Position numbers and translations under genes: made by a program. The notes beneath the pieces were generated by a model. It saw only the letters and a program-made list of their open reading frames with translations, was not told where the DNA came from and did no database searches. From an uncultured Bacilli bacterium (lineage in GTDB: Bacteria > Bacillota_I > Bacilli_A > RF39 > UBA660), in contig CATYVZ010000008.1 of the NCBI GenBank assembly GCA_958413985.1, forward strand, positions 5,842 to 69,841: a stretch of DNA of 64,000 nucleotides, written 5' to 3'. Below, one piece after another: positions 9,721 through 20,753 of the stretch. How positions within the stretch are numbered: the stretch's first letter is position 1; every line of letters begins with the position of its first letter.

Positions 9721-11943
9721 ATGGAAGCATGGACTAACTTTAAAGGTGAAAACTGGAAAAATAAAATTGATGTCGAAGATTTCATTATAAATAATTATAA
9801 AGAATATTTGGGGGACGATAGTTTTCTTGAGACAATAAGTGATAAAACAAAACAAATTTTAAACCGTGTCGAAAGTTTGACTAAAGAGGAATTAAGAAAA
9901 GGTGTTCTTGACGTTGAAACCAATATAATTTCTGGTATCGACAATTTCAAGCCTGGATATATTGATAAAGATAATGAAGTTATTGTTGGATTACAAACTG
10001 ATCAACCATTAAAAAGAATCGTTAATTTATATGGCGGGATCAGAATGGCGCACGCATCTTTGGAAGCTTACGGATATAAACTTAATCCTGAAATTGATCA
10101 ACATTTCAAAGAATACCGTAAATCACATAACGATGGTGTTTTTGATGTCTATACTGATGAAATTAGAAAAGCTAGAAGTGCTGGGTTATTAACCGGGTTA
10201 CCTGATGCTTATGGTCGAGGTAGAATTATTGGTGATTATCGAAGAATTGCTTTATATGGAATCGATTATTTGATTGCTGAAAAGAAAAAAGATTTAAGCA
10301 ATATAACTAAAATCGACGAAAATACTATTAGATTAAGGGAAGAAGTTAGTGAACAGATTAAAGCTTTAAACGAAATAAAAAGTATGGCTTTAAAATATGA
10401 ATATGATATATCTAAACCAGCTATGAATGCTAAAGAAGCAACCCAATGGCTATATTTTGGTTATTTAGCGGCAATTAAAGAAAACAATGGTGCCGCTATG
10501 AGTTTAGGTAGAACTTCCACCTTTTTAGATATTTACATTGAAAGAGATTTAGAGCAGGGAATTATTACTGAAAAGGAAGCCCAGGAAATAATCGATCAAT
10601 TTGTTATTAAATTAAGAATAGCTAGACATTTAAGAACACCTGAATATAATGAATTATTTGCAGGCGATCCTACTTGGGTAACTGAATCAGTTGGCGGTAT
10701 GGCATTAAATGGTAAAAGTTTAGTAACTAAAAATAGTTTTCGATATTTACACACGTTAATTAATTTAGGATCTTCACCAGAGCCTAATTTAACTATCTTG
10801 TGGTCTAATAAATTGCCAGAAAACTTCAGAAAATATTGCGCTAAAATATCTATTCTGACTGATGCTATCCAATATGAAAATGATGATGTTATGCGTCCAA
10901 TTTATAGTGATGATTATGCTATTGCTTGTTGTGTATCAGCCATGAAAGTTGGAAAACAGATGCAATTTTTCGGTGCTAGATGTAATTTAGCGAAAGCTCT
11001 TTTGTACGCTATAAATGGTGGTTATGACGAAATAACTGGCAAATTAGTTATCGAAGGCTTAGAAAAAATTACTGATGAAATTTTAGATTATGAAAAAGTT
11101 AAAAATGCATATTATAATACTTTAGAAAAAATAGCTAAAATCTATGTTGATGCTATGAACATAATTCACTATATGCACGATAAATATGCTTATGAAAAGT
11201 CACAAATGGCTTTACACGATACTGATGTTGAACATTTAATGGCTTTTGGAGTGGCGGGATTATCAGTCGCCACAGATTCCTTATCTGCGATTAAATATGC
11301 TAAGGTAAAACCTGTTTATAATGCTGAAGGTTTAGCGGTCGATTTTATAATTGATGGTGATTATTCAGCTTATGGTAATGATGATGATGCAGTTGATAGT
11401 ATTGCTGTTGATATCGTTAAAAAATTTATTAAAGAATTGAAAAAATATCCATTGTACAAAAACGCTAAACATACTTTATCAGTATTAACGATAACTTCCA
11501 ATGTTGTCTATGGTAAAAAAACAGGCACTACACCTGATGGTCGTAAAAGAGGTGTTGCATTTGCGCCAGGCGCTAATCCAATGCATGGCCGTGATAAAAG
11601 CGGTGCCTTAGCATCTTTAAACTCAGTTGCTAAAATACCATACAAAGATGTATGCGAGGATGGTGTATCTAATACCTTTTCTATCGTACCTGGTGCTTTA
11701 GGTCATACGGCTGAGGAAAGAATAAATAACTTAGTCAACATTTTAGATGGCTATTTTAAGCAAGGTGCTCATCATTTAAATGTCAATGTTTTAAATCGTG
11801 AAAAGTTGATCGAGGCAATGGCTGATCCTAACAAGTATCCTAATTTAACAATTAGAGTATCTGGTTATGCGGTCCGTTTTAATAGATTAAATAAAGAACA
11901 GCAATTAGAAGTTATAAATAGAACATTTCACGAGGTAATTTAA
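9721..11943 (+). CDS. pflB: formate C-acetyltransferase (pyruvate formate-lyase)
   Basis: 740 aa. C-terminal glycyl-radical motif RVSGYAVRF. Active-site Cys-Cys ([10 protein letters not shown]). RBS AGGAGG. Confidence 0.9.
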   Translation: MEAWTNFKGENWKNKIDVEDFIINNYKEYLGDDSFLETISDKTKQILNRVESLTKEELRKGVLDVETNIISGIDNFKPGYIDKDNEVIVGLQTDQPLKRIVNLYGGIRMAHASLEAYGYKLNPEIDQHFKEYRKSHNDGVFDVYTDEIRKARSAGLLTGLPDAYGRGRIIGDYRRIALYGIDYLIAEKKKDLSNITKIDENTIRLREEVSEQIKALNEIKSMALKYEYDISKPAMNAKEATQWLYFGYLAAIKENNGAAMSLGRTSTFLDIYIERDLEQGIITEKEAQEIIDQFVIKLRIARHLRTPEYNELFAGDPTWVTESVGGMALNGKSLVTKNSFRYLHTLINLGSSPEPNLTILWSNKLPENFRKYCAKISILTDAIQYENDDVMRPIYSDDYAIACCVSAMKVGKQMQFFGARCNLAKALLYAINGGYDEITGKLVIEGLEKITDEILDYEKVKNAYYNTLEKIAKIYVDAMNIIHYMHDKYAYEKSQMALHDTDVEHLMAFGVAGLSVATDSLSAIKYAKVKPVYNAEGLAVDFIIDGDYSAYGNDDDAVDSIAVDIVKKFIKELKKYPLYKNAKHTLSVLTITSNVVYGKKTGTTPDGRKRGVAFAPGANPMHGRDKSGALASLNSVAKIPYKDVCEDGVSNTFSIVPGALGHTAEERINNLVNILDGYFKQGAHHLNVNVLNREKLIEAMADPNKYPNLTIRVSGYAVRFNRLNKEQQLEVINRTFHEVI

Positions 11944-12644
11944 TGAAGGGCTACATTAATTCGATCGAAACGATGGGCCTAGTTGATGGTCCTGGCATTA
12001 GGTTTGTCGTATTTATGCAGGGATGCAAATTAAGATGCTTATTTTGCCACAACCCAGAAACGTGGCAATTAAATAAAGGGATAGAAATCAGTTCGGATGA
12101 ATTAATTAAACAAATTTTAAAATACAAGAACTATTATGGTAAAGAGGGAGGGGTAACTTTCTCGGGAGGTGAACCCCTTCTTCAATCTTCCTTTTTGCTT
12201 GATATTTTAAAGAAATGTCAAAAAAACAATATCCATACTTGTCTAGATACTGCTGGTTTTGGTGGGACAAATAATGAAGAAATTTTAAAGTATATCGATT
12301 TAGTTATGATGGATATAAAAGCTTTAAAACCTGATAAATATTTTGAAATAGTCGGTCAGAAAATAGATCAATCTTTAGAATTTTTAAAACTATGTCAAAA
12401 ATTAAAAAAAAGACTGTGGATAAGACAAGTAATAATACCTGGTATTAATGATAATGAGGAGTATATTAGAGAATTAAAAAAATTTTTAAGCGATTATGAG
12501 GTTGAAAAAATTGAATTTTTAGCGTATACTACTATTGGTGTTCCTAAATATGAAAAGTTAGGGATACCTTATCGCTTAAGCAACATCGAAGCGATGAATA
12601 AAGAAAAGTGTGAAGAATTATACAAATTATATCAATCAATATAA
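11943..12644 (+). CDS. pflA: pyruvate formate-lyase activating enzyme (radical SAM)
   Basis: CKLRCLFCHNPETW radical-SAM CxxxCxxC cluster. N-terminal GxxDGPGIR motif. ATG overlaps the pflB stop. Confidence 0.9.
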   Translation: MKGYINSIETMGLVDGPGIRFVVFMQGCKLRCLFCHNPETWQLNKGIEISSDELIKQILKYKNYYGKEGGVTFSGGEPLLQSSFLLDILKKCQKNNIHTCLDTAGFGGTNNEEILKYIDLVMMDIKALKPDKYFEIVGQKIDQSLEFLKLCQKLKKRLWIRQVIIPGINDNEEYIRELKKFLSDYEVEKIEFLAYTTIGVPKYEKLGIPYRLSNIEAMNKEKCEELYKLYQSI

Positions 12645-12653
12645 TTTGTACAT

Positions 12654-12728
12654 TGCCCTATGGCCAAGCGGTAAGGCGACGGACTCTGACTCCGTTATTC
12701 ACTAGTTCGAATCTAGTTAGGGCAGCCA
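12654..12728 (+). tRNA. tRNA-Gln (anticodon CTG), encoded CCA
   Basis: Close to Bacillus tRNA-Gln: TGCCCTA acceptor stem, GCCAAGCGGTAAGGC D-arm, anticodon loop with CTG, GTTCGAATC T-loop, TAGGGCA-G-CCA 3' end. Confidence 0.85.
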
Positions 12729-12729
12729 T

Positions 12730-12806
12730 GAGTGATTAGCTCAGTTGGTTAGAGCGTTACGTTGACATCGTAGAGGTCGTAGGTTCGAGTCCTATATCAC
12801 TCACCA
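12730..12806 (+). tRNA. tRNA-Val (anticodon GAC), encoded CCA
   Basis: Acceptor GAGTGAT/ATCACTC. D-arm GCTCAGTTGGTTAGAGC. Anticodon loop TTGACAT. T-arm GGTTCGAGTCC. Starts 1 nt after tRNA-Gln. Confidence 0.8.
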
Positions 12807-12857
12807 TATTAAGTTTTTATTGGCTTTCAAATTTATAATATTATTGAAAGTCTTAAC

Positions 12858-12887
12858 AGCGATTAAAATATCGCTTTTTTTATTTGT
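12858..12887 (+). terminator. rho-independent terminator after the tRNA pair
   Basis: AGCGAT-taaaat-ATCGCT followed by TTTTTTT. Confidence 0.6.
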
Positions 12888-12996
12888 TTTTTCATAAAAT
12901 ATTGCTTTTGATAGATAAATGATATATAATGAAAATGTAGAAAGTAGGTGTAGTTAGATGTTAAGAAAGAGAAATAAATTAGCAAATAGCACACAT

Positions 12997-13005
12997 GGGG
13001 GGGGG
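12997..13005. repeat. G9 homopolymeric tract (C9 on minus strand) in the promoter region of the pilus/T4SS cluster
   Basis: ACACATGGGGGGGGGCATAACC, 9 consecutive G in a ~28% GC genome. Immediately upstream of a TTTACAA-18nt-TAAAAT promoter-like element. About 113 nt before the 13118 start. Confidence 0.9.
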
Positions 13006-13117
13006 CATAACCCTTTACAAAATAAATAGCTATCTGCCTAAAATAAAACCAATTCCTCACATCAAAAATATCACATATTATTAGAATATTAAAATGATAT
13101 AAAAAAAGATATGTGAA

Positions 13118-14074
13118 ATGGAGGAAATTAAAATGAAAAAAAATGAAATGAAAAAAGGATTAACATTAATAGAATTTTTATTTGGGATCATCATTTTGGC
13201 TGTTATCGGTTTAGGTGGTTATATAATATATGATAAGGTTATCAAAGAACAACCTAATGTTGAAGAACCTGCTAATCCAGATGATCAACAACAAACGGAG
13301 AAACCTACTGAACCAGAAACACCTGATAAAGTAGAAGCAATAAGTTTAAATGATAAGATAGTTACAGACTTACTAGACAAATATAATTTAGAAGGTTCTG
13401 CAACAGATGAGTTTTATACGAACAAAAATATAACTGAAGATTATATACCTAATGATTTTATTCTTGGATTAACTGGAGGATTTTTTGTTTATTTTCAAGA
13501 AGAAGTTGATACAAGCAACACATGTGATGCTGAATTTAGTATTAAAGAGGAAGCTTTTGATGACATTGTAGAATACTTATTTAGTGATATAAATTATAAA
13601 CATGGGTCATTTACCCCGTTTATTAACTTTACAAATGATTTTGTTTTTGGAGAAGGTTCGTATTATCTATACAGTGATGTTGTTACATACGGTTCCGGCG
13701 AATATAGGTTTTGCGTAAATGCTTCTGACAATCCTTATAGTAATAATATTTTTGATGGTTTTATTTATCAAATTCCATATAAAGCCGAAATGATTAATGA
13801 TGGTGAGAAAATAAATATTTATTTCAAAACAATTTTTGCAAAAGTAGTTTATCTTAATGATTCTTTGTATTACGAATATTATCGTGATTATAATAAAACC
13901 AAATATATAGGTGATTGGTTTAATATGAACTTGGATGCTCTTTCATCATCTGAGATAGATCAGCTTGATAGTTATGTTTATAGTTTTGAAAAAAGAAGTG
14001 ATGTTTCAGACTATATAGCTGAAAAACAAAGCGATGGATCATATTATTTAAGTGGCTTTAAAAAAGCTGATTAA
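13118..14074 (+). CDS. prepilin-type (class III signal) pilin-like protein, 318 aa
   Basis: N-terminus KKGLTLIEFLFGIIILAVIG is a perfect match to the prepilin peptidase cleavage/methylation motif (K-G-[FL]-T-L-[IL]-E), followed by a hydrophobic helix and a ~280 aa globular domain. Confidence 0.6.
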   Translation: MEEIKMKKNEMKKGLTLIEFLFGIIILAVIGLGGYIIYDKVIKEQPNVEEPANPDDQQQTEKPTEPETPDKVEAISLNDKIVTDLLDKYNLEGSATDEFYTNKNITEDYIPNDFILGLTGGFFVYFQEEVDTSNTCDAEFSIKEEAFDDIVEYLFSDINYKHGSFTPFINFTNDFVFGEGSYYLYSDVVTYGSGEYRFCVNASDNPYSNNIFDGFIYQIPYKAEMINDGEKINIYFKTIFAKVVYLNDSLYYEYYRDYNKTKYIGDWFNMNLDALSSSEIDQLDSYVYSFEKRSDVSDYIAEKQSDGSYYLSGFKKAD

Positions 14075-14301
14075 AATTCGATAAATTAATAAATCATTTA
14101 GAATAAAACTTATCATGAAATATACTAAAATGTCCAAATTAGCGATATTTAATGTTAAGATAGACATAATAAGAGGATCAAAAAGAATAAAATAAGTATT
14201 CTTTTTGATTTTTTAATTTTACGAAAAATATTTCAATAGTTAATAATTTCAGTTTGGTATTGTAAAAATACCAATAATAAGGTATAATTTATTTATAATA
14301 A

Positions 14302-15912
14302 GTGGGTGGCAATATGATTCTAAGAAAACCTTATGCGTTTTTTATTAAACACTTTAAGCTAATTCACATAATATTAGCTGTTTTAGTATTTTATTCTATC
14401 TATAAAACAAAATTATTGTTAGACTTTTTTAACGAATATAGCTTAGCAACTATAAATGTTGCTGGTCAAGATTTAGTTACACCTTTATTACCCACCTTAT
14501 TTCAGATTATTCCCATTTTAATTATAATTTTTGCCACCATTGTTTTATTCGTCATGGCTTACAAAAAAAAACCATATCTTTTTTACATCATAACTATTAT
14601 CGTATATATATATGTTTTAATTATAACTCAAGTTTCTAAAGGAACCTTAAATACATTATATACGACATTAGTCGATGTTAGAACAATTCGATTAATTAGA
14701 GATTTAATTACGATAGCTTTTGCCACTCAGCTATTTAGTTTGATTATAATTTTAGTTAGAGCCACAGGTTTTGATGTTAAAAAATTCGATTTTAAAAGCG
14801 ATTTAAAAGAGTTAGAAATCAGTGAAGAAGATCGGGAAGAAGTTGAAGTTCAAATCAATTTTGACCCTAATAAAAAACTAAGAACTTTAAGAAAAAAAAT
14901 TCGTTATCTAAAATATAGCTATAAAGAAAACCGTTTGTTTTTCAATTCGATTTTTGTAGTAGCTGTCGTTTCATTAGTATTAGTTATAACTTTGTCGATT
15001 TTTAGTGGCGACAAAATTATTAAACAAAATGTTTATTTTTCTGGCAATAATTTTACAGTTAATCTAACTGATAGTTATTTAGTAAACACAGATTATAAAG
15101 GCAAACTAATCAATGAAGACTATTATTACCTTTTAGTAAAACTACAAATCAAAAATAATACTAATCGCATTTTTGGTTTAGATATTGCTACTACTAAAAT
15201 AATAATTGGGAATTATTCTTATGTTCCAACTACAAAAAACAAAAGCAGTTTCTTTGATTTTGGAACAATCTATCAAAATGAAAACATCGGTCAAGAATTT
15301 GAAACTAAAGTTTTGGTTTATGAAATACCTAAAGAATTAATTGACGAAGATATAATCTTTTCCTTTGTCGATAAAAATACAGTTGATAAAAACGGCAATT
15401 TTACTAGTACCAAAGTTAAAATTGAATACCAAGATTTAACTGGTATTACATCACTGGAAACAGCAAAATTACAAGAAGAACTATCATTTGAAAATAGTAT
15501 TTTAAAAGATTATAAAATTAATATAACTTCCTTTGATATTCAAAACAACTATAAACTTCAATATAATTTCTGCATTTCTAACGAATGTTACCCATCTTAC
15601 GAATATTTAAAACCTAGTATTACTAGCAATTATGATAAAGTACTGTTAAAAATAACCGGTTCCTTAACTAAACAAAATAGTATAGATAATATATATGATT
15701 TATACGACTTTATCGATTATTTTGGCAATTTATATTATGTGATCGATGGTGAAAGAAAAGTCCAATCAATTCAATTTAAAGAAGTAAAAAGTAAAAAAGT
15801 CAATCAAGAAAATACTTACTATATCGAGATTTTAAAAGAAGTCGAAAATGCATCTTCCATATCATTAGTATTTACAATTCGGAATAGAAATTATGAATAT
15901 GTTTTAAAATAG
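14302..15912 (+). CDS. membrane protein, about 5 N-terminal TM helices plus ~300 aa extracytoplasmic domain
   Basis: Likely true start at ATG 14314 (GGTGG RBS). Contains an in-frame A9 run (14562-14570, encoding KKK). No catalytic motif recognised. Confidence 0.45.
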   Translation: MGGNMILRKPYAFFIKHFKLIHIILAVLVFYSIYKTKLLLDFFNEYSLATINVAGQDLVTPLLPTLFQIIPILIIIFATIVLFVMAYKKKPYLFYIITIIVYIYVLIITQVSKGTLNTLYTTLVDVRTIRLIRDLITIAFATQLFSLIIILVRATGFDVKKFDFKSDLKELEISEEDREEVEVQINFDPNKKLRTLRKKIRYLKYSYKENRLFFNSIFVVAVVSLVLVITLSIFSGDKIIKQNVYFSGNNFTVNLTDSYLVNTDYKGKLINEDYYYLLVKLQIKNNTNRIFGLDIATTKIIIGNYSYVPTTKNKSSFFDFGTIYQNENIGQEFETKVLVYEIPKELIDEDIIFSFVDKNTVDKNGNFTSTKVKIEYQDLTGITSLETAKLQEELSFENSILKDYKINITSFDIQNNYKLQYNFCISNECYPSYEYLKPSITSNYDKVLLKITGSLTKQNSIDNIYDLYDFIDYFGNLYYVIDGERKVQSIQFKEVKSKKVNQENTYYIEILKEVENASSISLVFTIRNRNYEYVLK

Positions 15913-15963
15913 TATTTCAAAAAAATTTTATTTATGCTATAATTATATAATGGAGGAGTAAAC

Positions 15964-16614
15964 ATGAAGAAGATAATTACCATATTAGTCTTGATATTAC
16001 TTATTCCAACTGTAAAAGTAAAAGCATTGTCTTGTAGTTACAATGAATTAGCAAATTTAAAAAAATTAGCTTCCAATGTCAATATTAGTTACGATTATAT
16101 TGAACAAGGCAACAATGTGACTTTTACAGTAACCTTAAATAATCTTAATGAAAAAATTTATTTTGTCGACATGACAGATTATCGAACTTATAATTATGAA
16201 AACGATGAAATAACCATTTCTGGATACCGAAGTGGCGAAACCGTTAAATATGTGTTTTATGCAACTGATTCTAATTGTAGTAAGGAAGCTTTGTATACGA
16301 CAAGAGTTTCTTTTCCTAGTTACAATCCATACTATAAAGATGAAGTGTGCAAAGGAATCGAAAATTACAGTTTATGTCAAAAATGGTCTAGTCAACCATT
16401 ATCGTATGAAAACTTTTTAAAAAAAGTCAATGAATATAAAGAAGGACTTAATCAAGATGATAATGAAGAACCGACACCAACTGTAAACGAGGTATCTTGG
16501 ATTCAGTTGATAGTCAACTTTTTACTTGATTACTACATAATTATAGTCGTTATTTTAGCGTTAGGGTTGGTTGGTTTATATTTTCTTAGCAAAAAAGATG
16601 ACGTTTATAGTTAG
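15964..16614 (+). CDS. secreted, C-terminally membrane-anchored protein (216 aa)
   Basis: Signal peptide MKKIITILVLILLIPTVKVKALS. Several Cys in the mature domain. C-terminal TM helix followed by KKDD. Confidence 0.45.
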   Translation: MKKIITILVLILLIPTVKVKALSCSYNELANLKKLASNVNISYDYIEQGNNVTFTVTLNNLNEKIYFVDMTDYRTYNYENDEITISGYRSGETVKYVFYATDSNCSKEALYTTRVSFPSYNPYYKDEVCKGIENYSLCQKWSSQPLSYENFLKKVNEYKEGLNQDDNEEPTPTVNEVSWIQLIVNFLLDYYIIIVVILALGLVGLYFLSKKDDVYS

Positions 16615-16625
16615 GAGGTACTGTT

Positions 16626-17036
16626 GTGAAAGAATCATATTGGGGAGCTGCCGTAGTTGCTCTTGGAATATTGGCAATTTTCTTTATCTTCTTCTTTCAA
16701 TCAATCACCAATACCGACGAGCACAATTACCATTTGCTCAAAGAAGCTACTGAAGGAGCAATGTATGACGCCTTAGATTTGGCTGCTTATCGTGAAGATG
16801 GGGTGATTAGAATTGATCGCGAAAAATTTGTAGAAAACTTTTTAAGAAGATTTGCTGAAAGCGCTTTACTTTCTAACACTTATAAAATCGAGATATACGA
16901 TGTGAACGAAACACCACCTAAAGTTAGTTTGTTAGTTAGTAGTACTGAATCGACTAGTATGACAGGTGAAATTATGGAGTTTAGCATTCAAAATCGTTTA
17001 GATGCTATACTAGAGACACCTGATGTCGACGAATAA
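16626..17036 (+). CDS. small N-terminally anchored protein (136 aa)
   Basis: GTG start after an AGGAGG RBS. Single N-terminal TM (AAVVALGILAIFFIFFF) then an acidic soluble domain. Confidence 0.4.
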   Translation: MKESYWGAAVVALGILAIFFIFFFQSITNTDEHNYHLLKEATEGAMYDALDLAAYREDGVIRIDREKFVENFLRRFAESALLSNTYKIEIYDVNETPPKVSLLVSSTESTSMTGEIMEFSIQNRLDAILETPDVDE

Positions 17037-17054
17037 AGAAAGGGATGAATTTTT

Positions 17055-17885
17055 ATGAATAATTTTTTAGTATCATTAAAGAAATTTTTTACTAACAAGA
17101 ATACAGTTACTGTTATCGGCATTATTGCCATTTTAGGACTTTTATATTGGGGCTATACTTCAACTATAAATAGTCAAGTAAAACCGGTTAGGGTACCGGT
17201 AGCTTCTACGACCATTCAACCGAGAACTTTGATAACTGATGATATGATCAAGTGGATTGAGATGCCTGCTGCATCGATCAGTAATGACGTAGTTAGAAGT
17301 CAAACTTTGATCGTCGGTAAATATAGTGATGTCAACACTGTCATACCAGCTGGTAGCATGTTTTATGGCACAGTTTTAATCGACAAAACTGAGTTGCCAG
17401 ATTCAGCTTTTACAGCTGTTAAAGATGGTGAAAGACCTTATGCTTTATCAGTTACGACAGCATCTACTTATGGTAATTCCATTTATCCAGGAAATAAAAT
17501 CGATGTCTTCATGAAAGCTCTTGATGAAAATGGGCAAGTCATGGTAGGAAGATTATTAGCGCAAGTCGATGTACTAGCAGTTAAAGACAGTTCTGGAAAC
17601 AATGTTTTTGAGGACACTTCATCTAACAGAATCCCAGCAACTTTATTGTTCGGTGTTCCAGAAGATGTTTATATTTTATTGAAAAAAGCCGAGTATTTAA
17701 GTGGCTATGGAGTAGAACTTTTCCCAGTTCCTTATGGTGGAACAACGCCAGTTGAAGGCGATTTAGTTGTAGACCGTGAAGAATTAGTTAATTTCATCGA
17801 AAGTAATACAGTCGTTTTCAGTGACTCAACTGATAATCCTAACGATAATATTCCGGGTGGAGATATAGGAAACGAGACTGAGTAG
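17055..17885 (+). CDS. CpaB/RcpC-like pilus assembly protein (SAF domain)
   Basis: N-terminal TM. Then the PRTLITDDMIKWIEMPAASISNDVV region resembles the SAF domain of Flp pilus assembly protein CpaB. Sits immediately upstream of the secretion ATPase, as in tad loci. Confidence 0.5.
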   Translation: MNNFLVSLKKFFTNKNTVTVIGIIAILGLLYWGYTSTINSQVKPVRVPVASTTIQPRTLITDDMIKWIEMPAASISNDVVRSQTLIVGKYSDVNTVIPAGSMFYGTVLIDKTELPDSAFTAVKDGERPYALSVTTASTYGNSIYPGNKIDVFMKALDENGQVMVGRLLAQVDVLAVKDSSGNNVFEDTSSNRIPATLLFGVPEDVYILLKKAEYLSGYGVELFPVPYGGTTPVEGDLVVDREELVNFIESNTVVFSDSTDNPNDNIPGGDIGNETE

Positions 17886-17887
17886 TT

Positions 17888-19003
17888 ATGAATGATAATT
17901 TGTTTTCCCAAATAGATTTCGGACCACTAGTAGAATATTTAAGAAACGATGATATAACTGATATATCTTACAGTAATAACGGTCAAATTTGGCTAAAAAC
18001 TTTATCACATGGTATTTTTAGGATCGATAATCCTAATATTAATAATGCCTTTATGGAAAAATTAGCTTTTCAATGTTCTAATGTAATGGGTAGATCATTT
18101 AATGCAGCTCATCCATTTCTCGATTCTGAAAGCGCTGAGCTAAGAATGAATTTTATCCATGATTCGATTGCCAGCAATGGTATTGCTTGTGTTATAAGAA
18201 AGACACCAGCTAAGATAAGATTAGAAAAAGATAAGATTATTGCTGAAAAATATATTACTCTAGATATTCATGATTTTTTAGTTCAATGTGTTTTAGCGCA
18301 TTGTAATATTCTTGTTTGTGGCGAGACTGGTTCTGGGAAGACAGAATTTGTCAAATACTTAGCTTCTAAAACAAGAGAAAACGAAAAAATTATCACAATC
18401 GAAGATACATTAGAATTACACTTAGATAAAATATTTCCGCATCGTGATATTGTAGCGATGAAAACTAACAATGTCGCATCTTATACTGATGTATTAGTTA
18501 CTTGTATGCGACAAAATCCTAAGTGGATATTATTATCCGAGGTTCGTAGTGCAGAGGCAGTCATGGCTGTTCGTAACTCGATTTCTTCAGGACATTATAT
18601 TTTATCGACTATCCATGCTGATAAAGCTTCCTCTATTCCAACTCGTATGTATAGCTTGTTAGAAACAAGTCAAGATATCGATCAATTTTTAAAATCGATC
18701 CATCGATATGTTCAACTGGGCGTATTAGTTAGAGGACGCCAAGACCGTGAAACTAAGAGATTTATAAGAGAAATTGGCGAGGTTACAGAGTTTTATGTAA
18801 CCGAAGATAACGAAGCCAAATATAATATTATTTATCGTAAAACCCCGGAAGGAAAAGTATTCAGAAATAATCCGAGTAAGTATTTAATCGATTATATAGA
18901 AGGACAAGGAGTAAGTTTACCAGCAGGTTTTATTAATCCTGCTTTCGATCAGGAAAAAGAACTTATCTCACCTTCTCCTGTCACCCCAATTAACGAAATT
19001 TAA
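17888..19003 (+). CDS. CpaF/TadA/VirB11-family secretion ATPase
   Basis: Walker A ILVCGETGSGKTEF. Asp box IITIEDTLEL. His box region LSTIHAD. At 371 aa, typical of Tad/VirB11 hexameric ATPases. Confidence 0.8.
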   Translation: MNDNLFSQIDFGPLVEYLRNDDITDISYSNNGQIWLKTLSHGIFRIDNPNINNAFMEKLAFQCSNVMGRSFNAAHPFLDSESAELRMNFIHDSIASNGIACVIRKTPAKIRLEKDKIIAEKYITLDIHDFLVQCVLAHCNILVCGETGSGKTEFVKYLASKTRENEKIITIEDTLELHLDKIFPHRDIVAMKTNNVASYTDVLVTCMRQNPKWILLSEVRSAEAVMAVRNSISSGHYILSTIHADKASSIPTRMYSLLETSQDIDQFLKSIHRYVQLGVLVRGRQDRETKRFIREIGEVTEFYVTEDNEAKYNIIYRKTPEGKVFRNNPSKYLIDYIEGQGVSLPAGFINPAFDQEKELISPSPVTPINEI

Positions 19004-19015
19004 AGGAGGTATGAA

Positions 19016-19918
19016 ATGATAACTGTAATATTTGTTCTTATTGCTATTATTTTGTTATTTATATTCATATATCGAATCAACACTGGCGAAAATGTCTATA
19101 AATTCATCGTAAATAATGTCAATAATGTTTATGAAAAATATGCTCCCTATTCATTTAAAGTTGTAAGAGAAAAGGTTAAAGAATTAGGACAAGAATTTAC
19201 GCCAAAACAATATTTTATTCAAATAGTTGTCTTTTCTGTTGGATCAGCTGTTGTTTCATATCTTTATTTTTACAGTTTAATTTGGTGTATAGTTTATATA
19301 ATAATTGCCATTTTGATAATACCTTATCTATCATATTTGCGTTGCAAAAGATTATATAGTGAGTTTATTTTTGAACAAATTCAAGTTTATACCACTAATA
19401 CAATCATGGAATTTGCTACGACACAAAGCTTTGTTAAATCACTAGAGGGAGTTTATGAATCTGGAATATTAGAAGATCCCGTTAAAAGTGATGTTAAGAC
19501 GATGATCGATATGGCATATCGTAATGGAACAATTAATGAATCGATCAACTTTATGAACGAAAAATACGATTATTATATCGTTCGAAATATGCATCAATTA
19601 TTTTTACAAATCACTAATGAAGGAGCTAGAGATGCTTCTGGATCATTAGAAAATATGTCACAAGATATAGATATGCTTGTAGAAGGGGTATATCGCGATC
19701 GTATCGATCGTGCTACATTCCATAAAAAATTTTTACAATTTGGTATTGTTTTATATTTGATGGTAATGTTAGTTCAATTTTTATTAGGTACAGAAACTTA
19801 TTTAGAAATGCTTAAAATTTGGTATGTTCAGTTATTATTGCACGCCATAGTAATTATAAATACTTATTTCTTGTTGAGTGGCGAAAAATTTTATAATGAG
19901 AATGTGGGGGCTGAATAA
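19016..19918 (+). CDS. TadB-like (GspF-domain) inner membrane platform protein
   Basis: One N-terminal TM, a cytoplasmic helical domain, and paired TM helices mid-protein and at the C-terminus. This topology and size (300 aa) follow a Tad ATPase gene. Confidence 0.5.
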   Translation: MITVIFVLIAIILLFIFIYRINTGENVYKFIVNNVNNVYEKYAPYSFKVVREKVKELGQEFTPKQYFIQIVVFSVGSAVVSYLYFYSLIWCIVYIIIAILIIPYLSYLRCKRLYSEFIFEQIQVYTTNTIMEFATTQSFVKSLEGVYESGILEDPVKSDVKTMIDMAYRNGTINESINFMNEKYDYYIVRNMHQLFLQITNEGARDASGSLENMSQDIDMLVEGVYRDRIDRATFHKKFLQFGIVLYLMVMLVQFLLGTETYLEMLKIWYVQLLLHAIVIINTYFLLSGEKFYNENVGAE

Positions 19919-20700
19919 TGATTTTTGTATTAATAGGAATAATTTTGTTTTTTATCGTTATCTATAATAGATTTGTCGAACCTAATCAGTTTCTAAAAGA
20001 AACACAACCGATTTTTAAATTTTTACGAGAATCAGATTATGAATTTTTGTTAAAACTTAAATATGGTCCTGATGTCGATGTCGACAAAATGTTTGGCAAA
20101 AGAGTTCGCAATGGCTTGATTGCAATCGTTATTATGTTTTTTATATTTTTATCAAATTTACAATTTATCTATGTTTTATTTGCTATTATCGTCGGATTTG
20201 TTATTTTCAAACAACCTTATACGGCATTAAGGTCATATTACAAAAGAAACCTACACAACATCAATTTGATGTTACCGTATTATTTAAAAAGTTTAGAAAT
20301 TTTAGTCCAACATTATACTGTACCGGTAGCTTTGTCGCGTTCAATCGAACAAGCTCCCGAAATATTCAAACCAGGATTAAGAACATTAGTTGCTAGAATC
20401 GAAGCGGGCGATATGACGGTCGATCCTTACATGGAATTTGCCAAAGAATATCCTGTTCGTGATTCGATGAGAATGATGCGTCTTTTGTATCGTTTAAGCC
20501 TTGGTAGCCAAGAAAAAAAACAGGAACAATTAATGATGTTTTCACGAACTGTTTCTAGTTTGCAAAATAAATCTCGTGAACAGAAATATGCTGAAAGATT
20601 GGCTAACATGGAACAAAGAACGATGATTATGTTGTTTGTTACTGGTGGTGGTATCATGTTATTGATGTTATTATCGATGATGATGCTAATGAATTTTTAG
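19918..20700 (+). CDS. TadC-like (GspF-domain) inner membrane platform protein
   Basis: Same topology as the preceding ORF (260 aa). Its ATG overlaps the upstream stop (ATAATG). Confidence 0.5.
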   Translation: MIFVLIGIILFFIVIYNRFVEPNQFLKETQPIFKFLRESDYEFLLKLKYGPDVDVDKMFGKRVRNGLIAIVIMFFIFLSNLQFIYVLFAIIVGFVIFKQPYTALRSYYKRNLHNINLMLPYYLKSLEILVQHYTVPVALSRSIEQAPEIFKPGLRTLVARIEAGDMTVDPYMEFAKEYPVRDSMRMMRLLYRLSLGSQEKKQEQLMMFSRTVSSLQNKSREQKYAERLANMEQRTMIMLFVTGGGIMLLMLLSMMMLMNF

Positions 20701-20753
20701 ATAATTGAGTAAAAATGTGATATAATAAATATATTGTGTAAGGTGGTGAAAGA

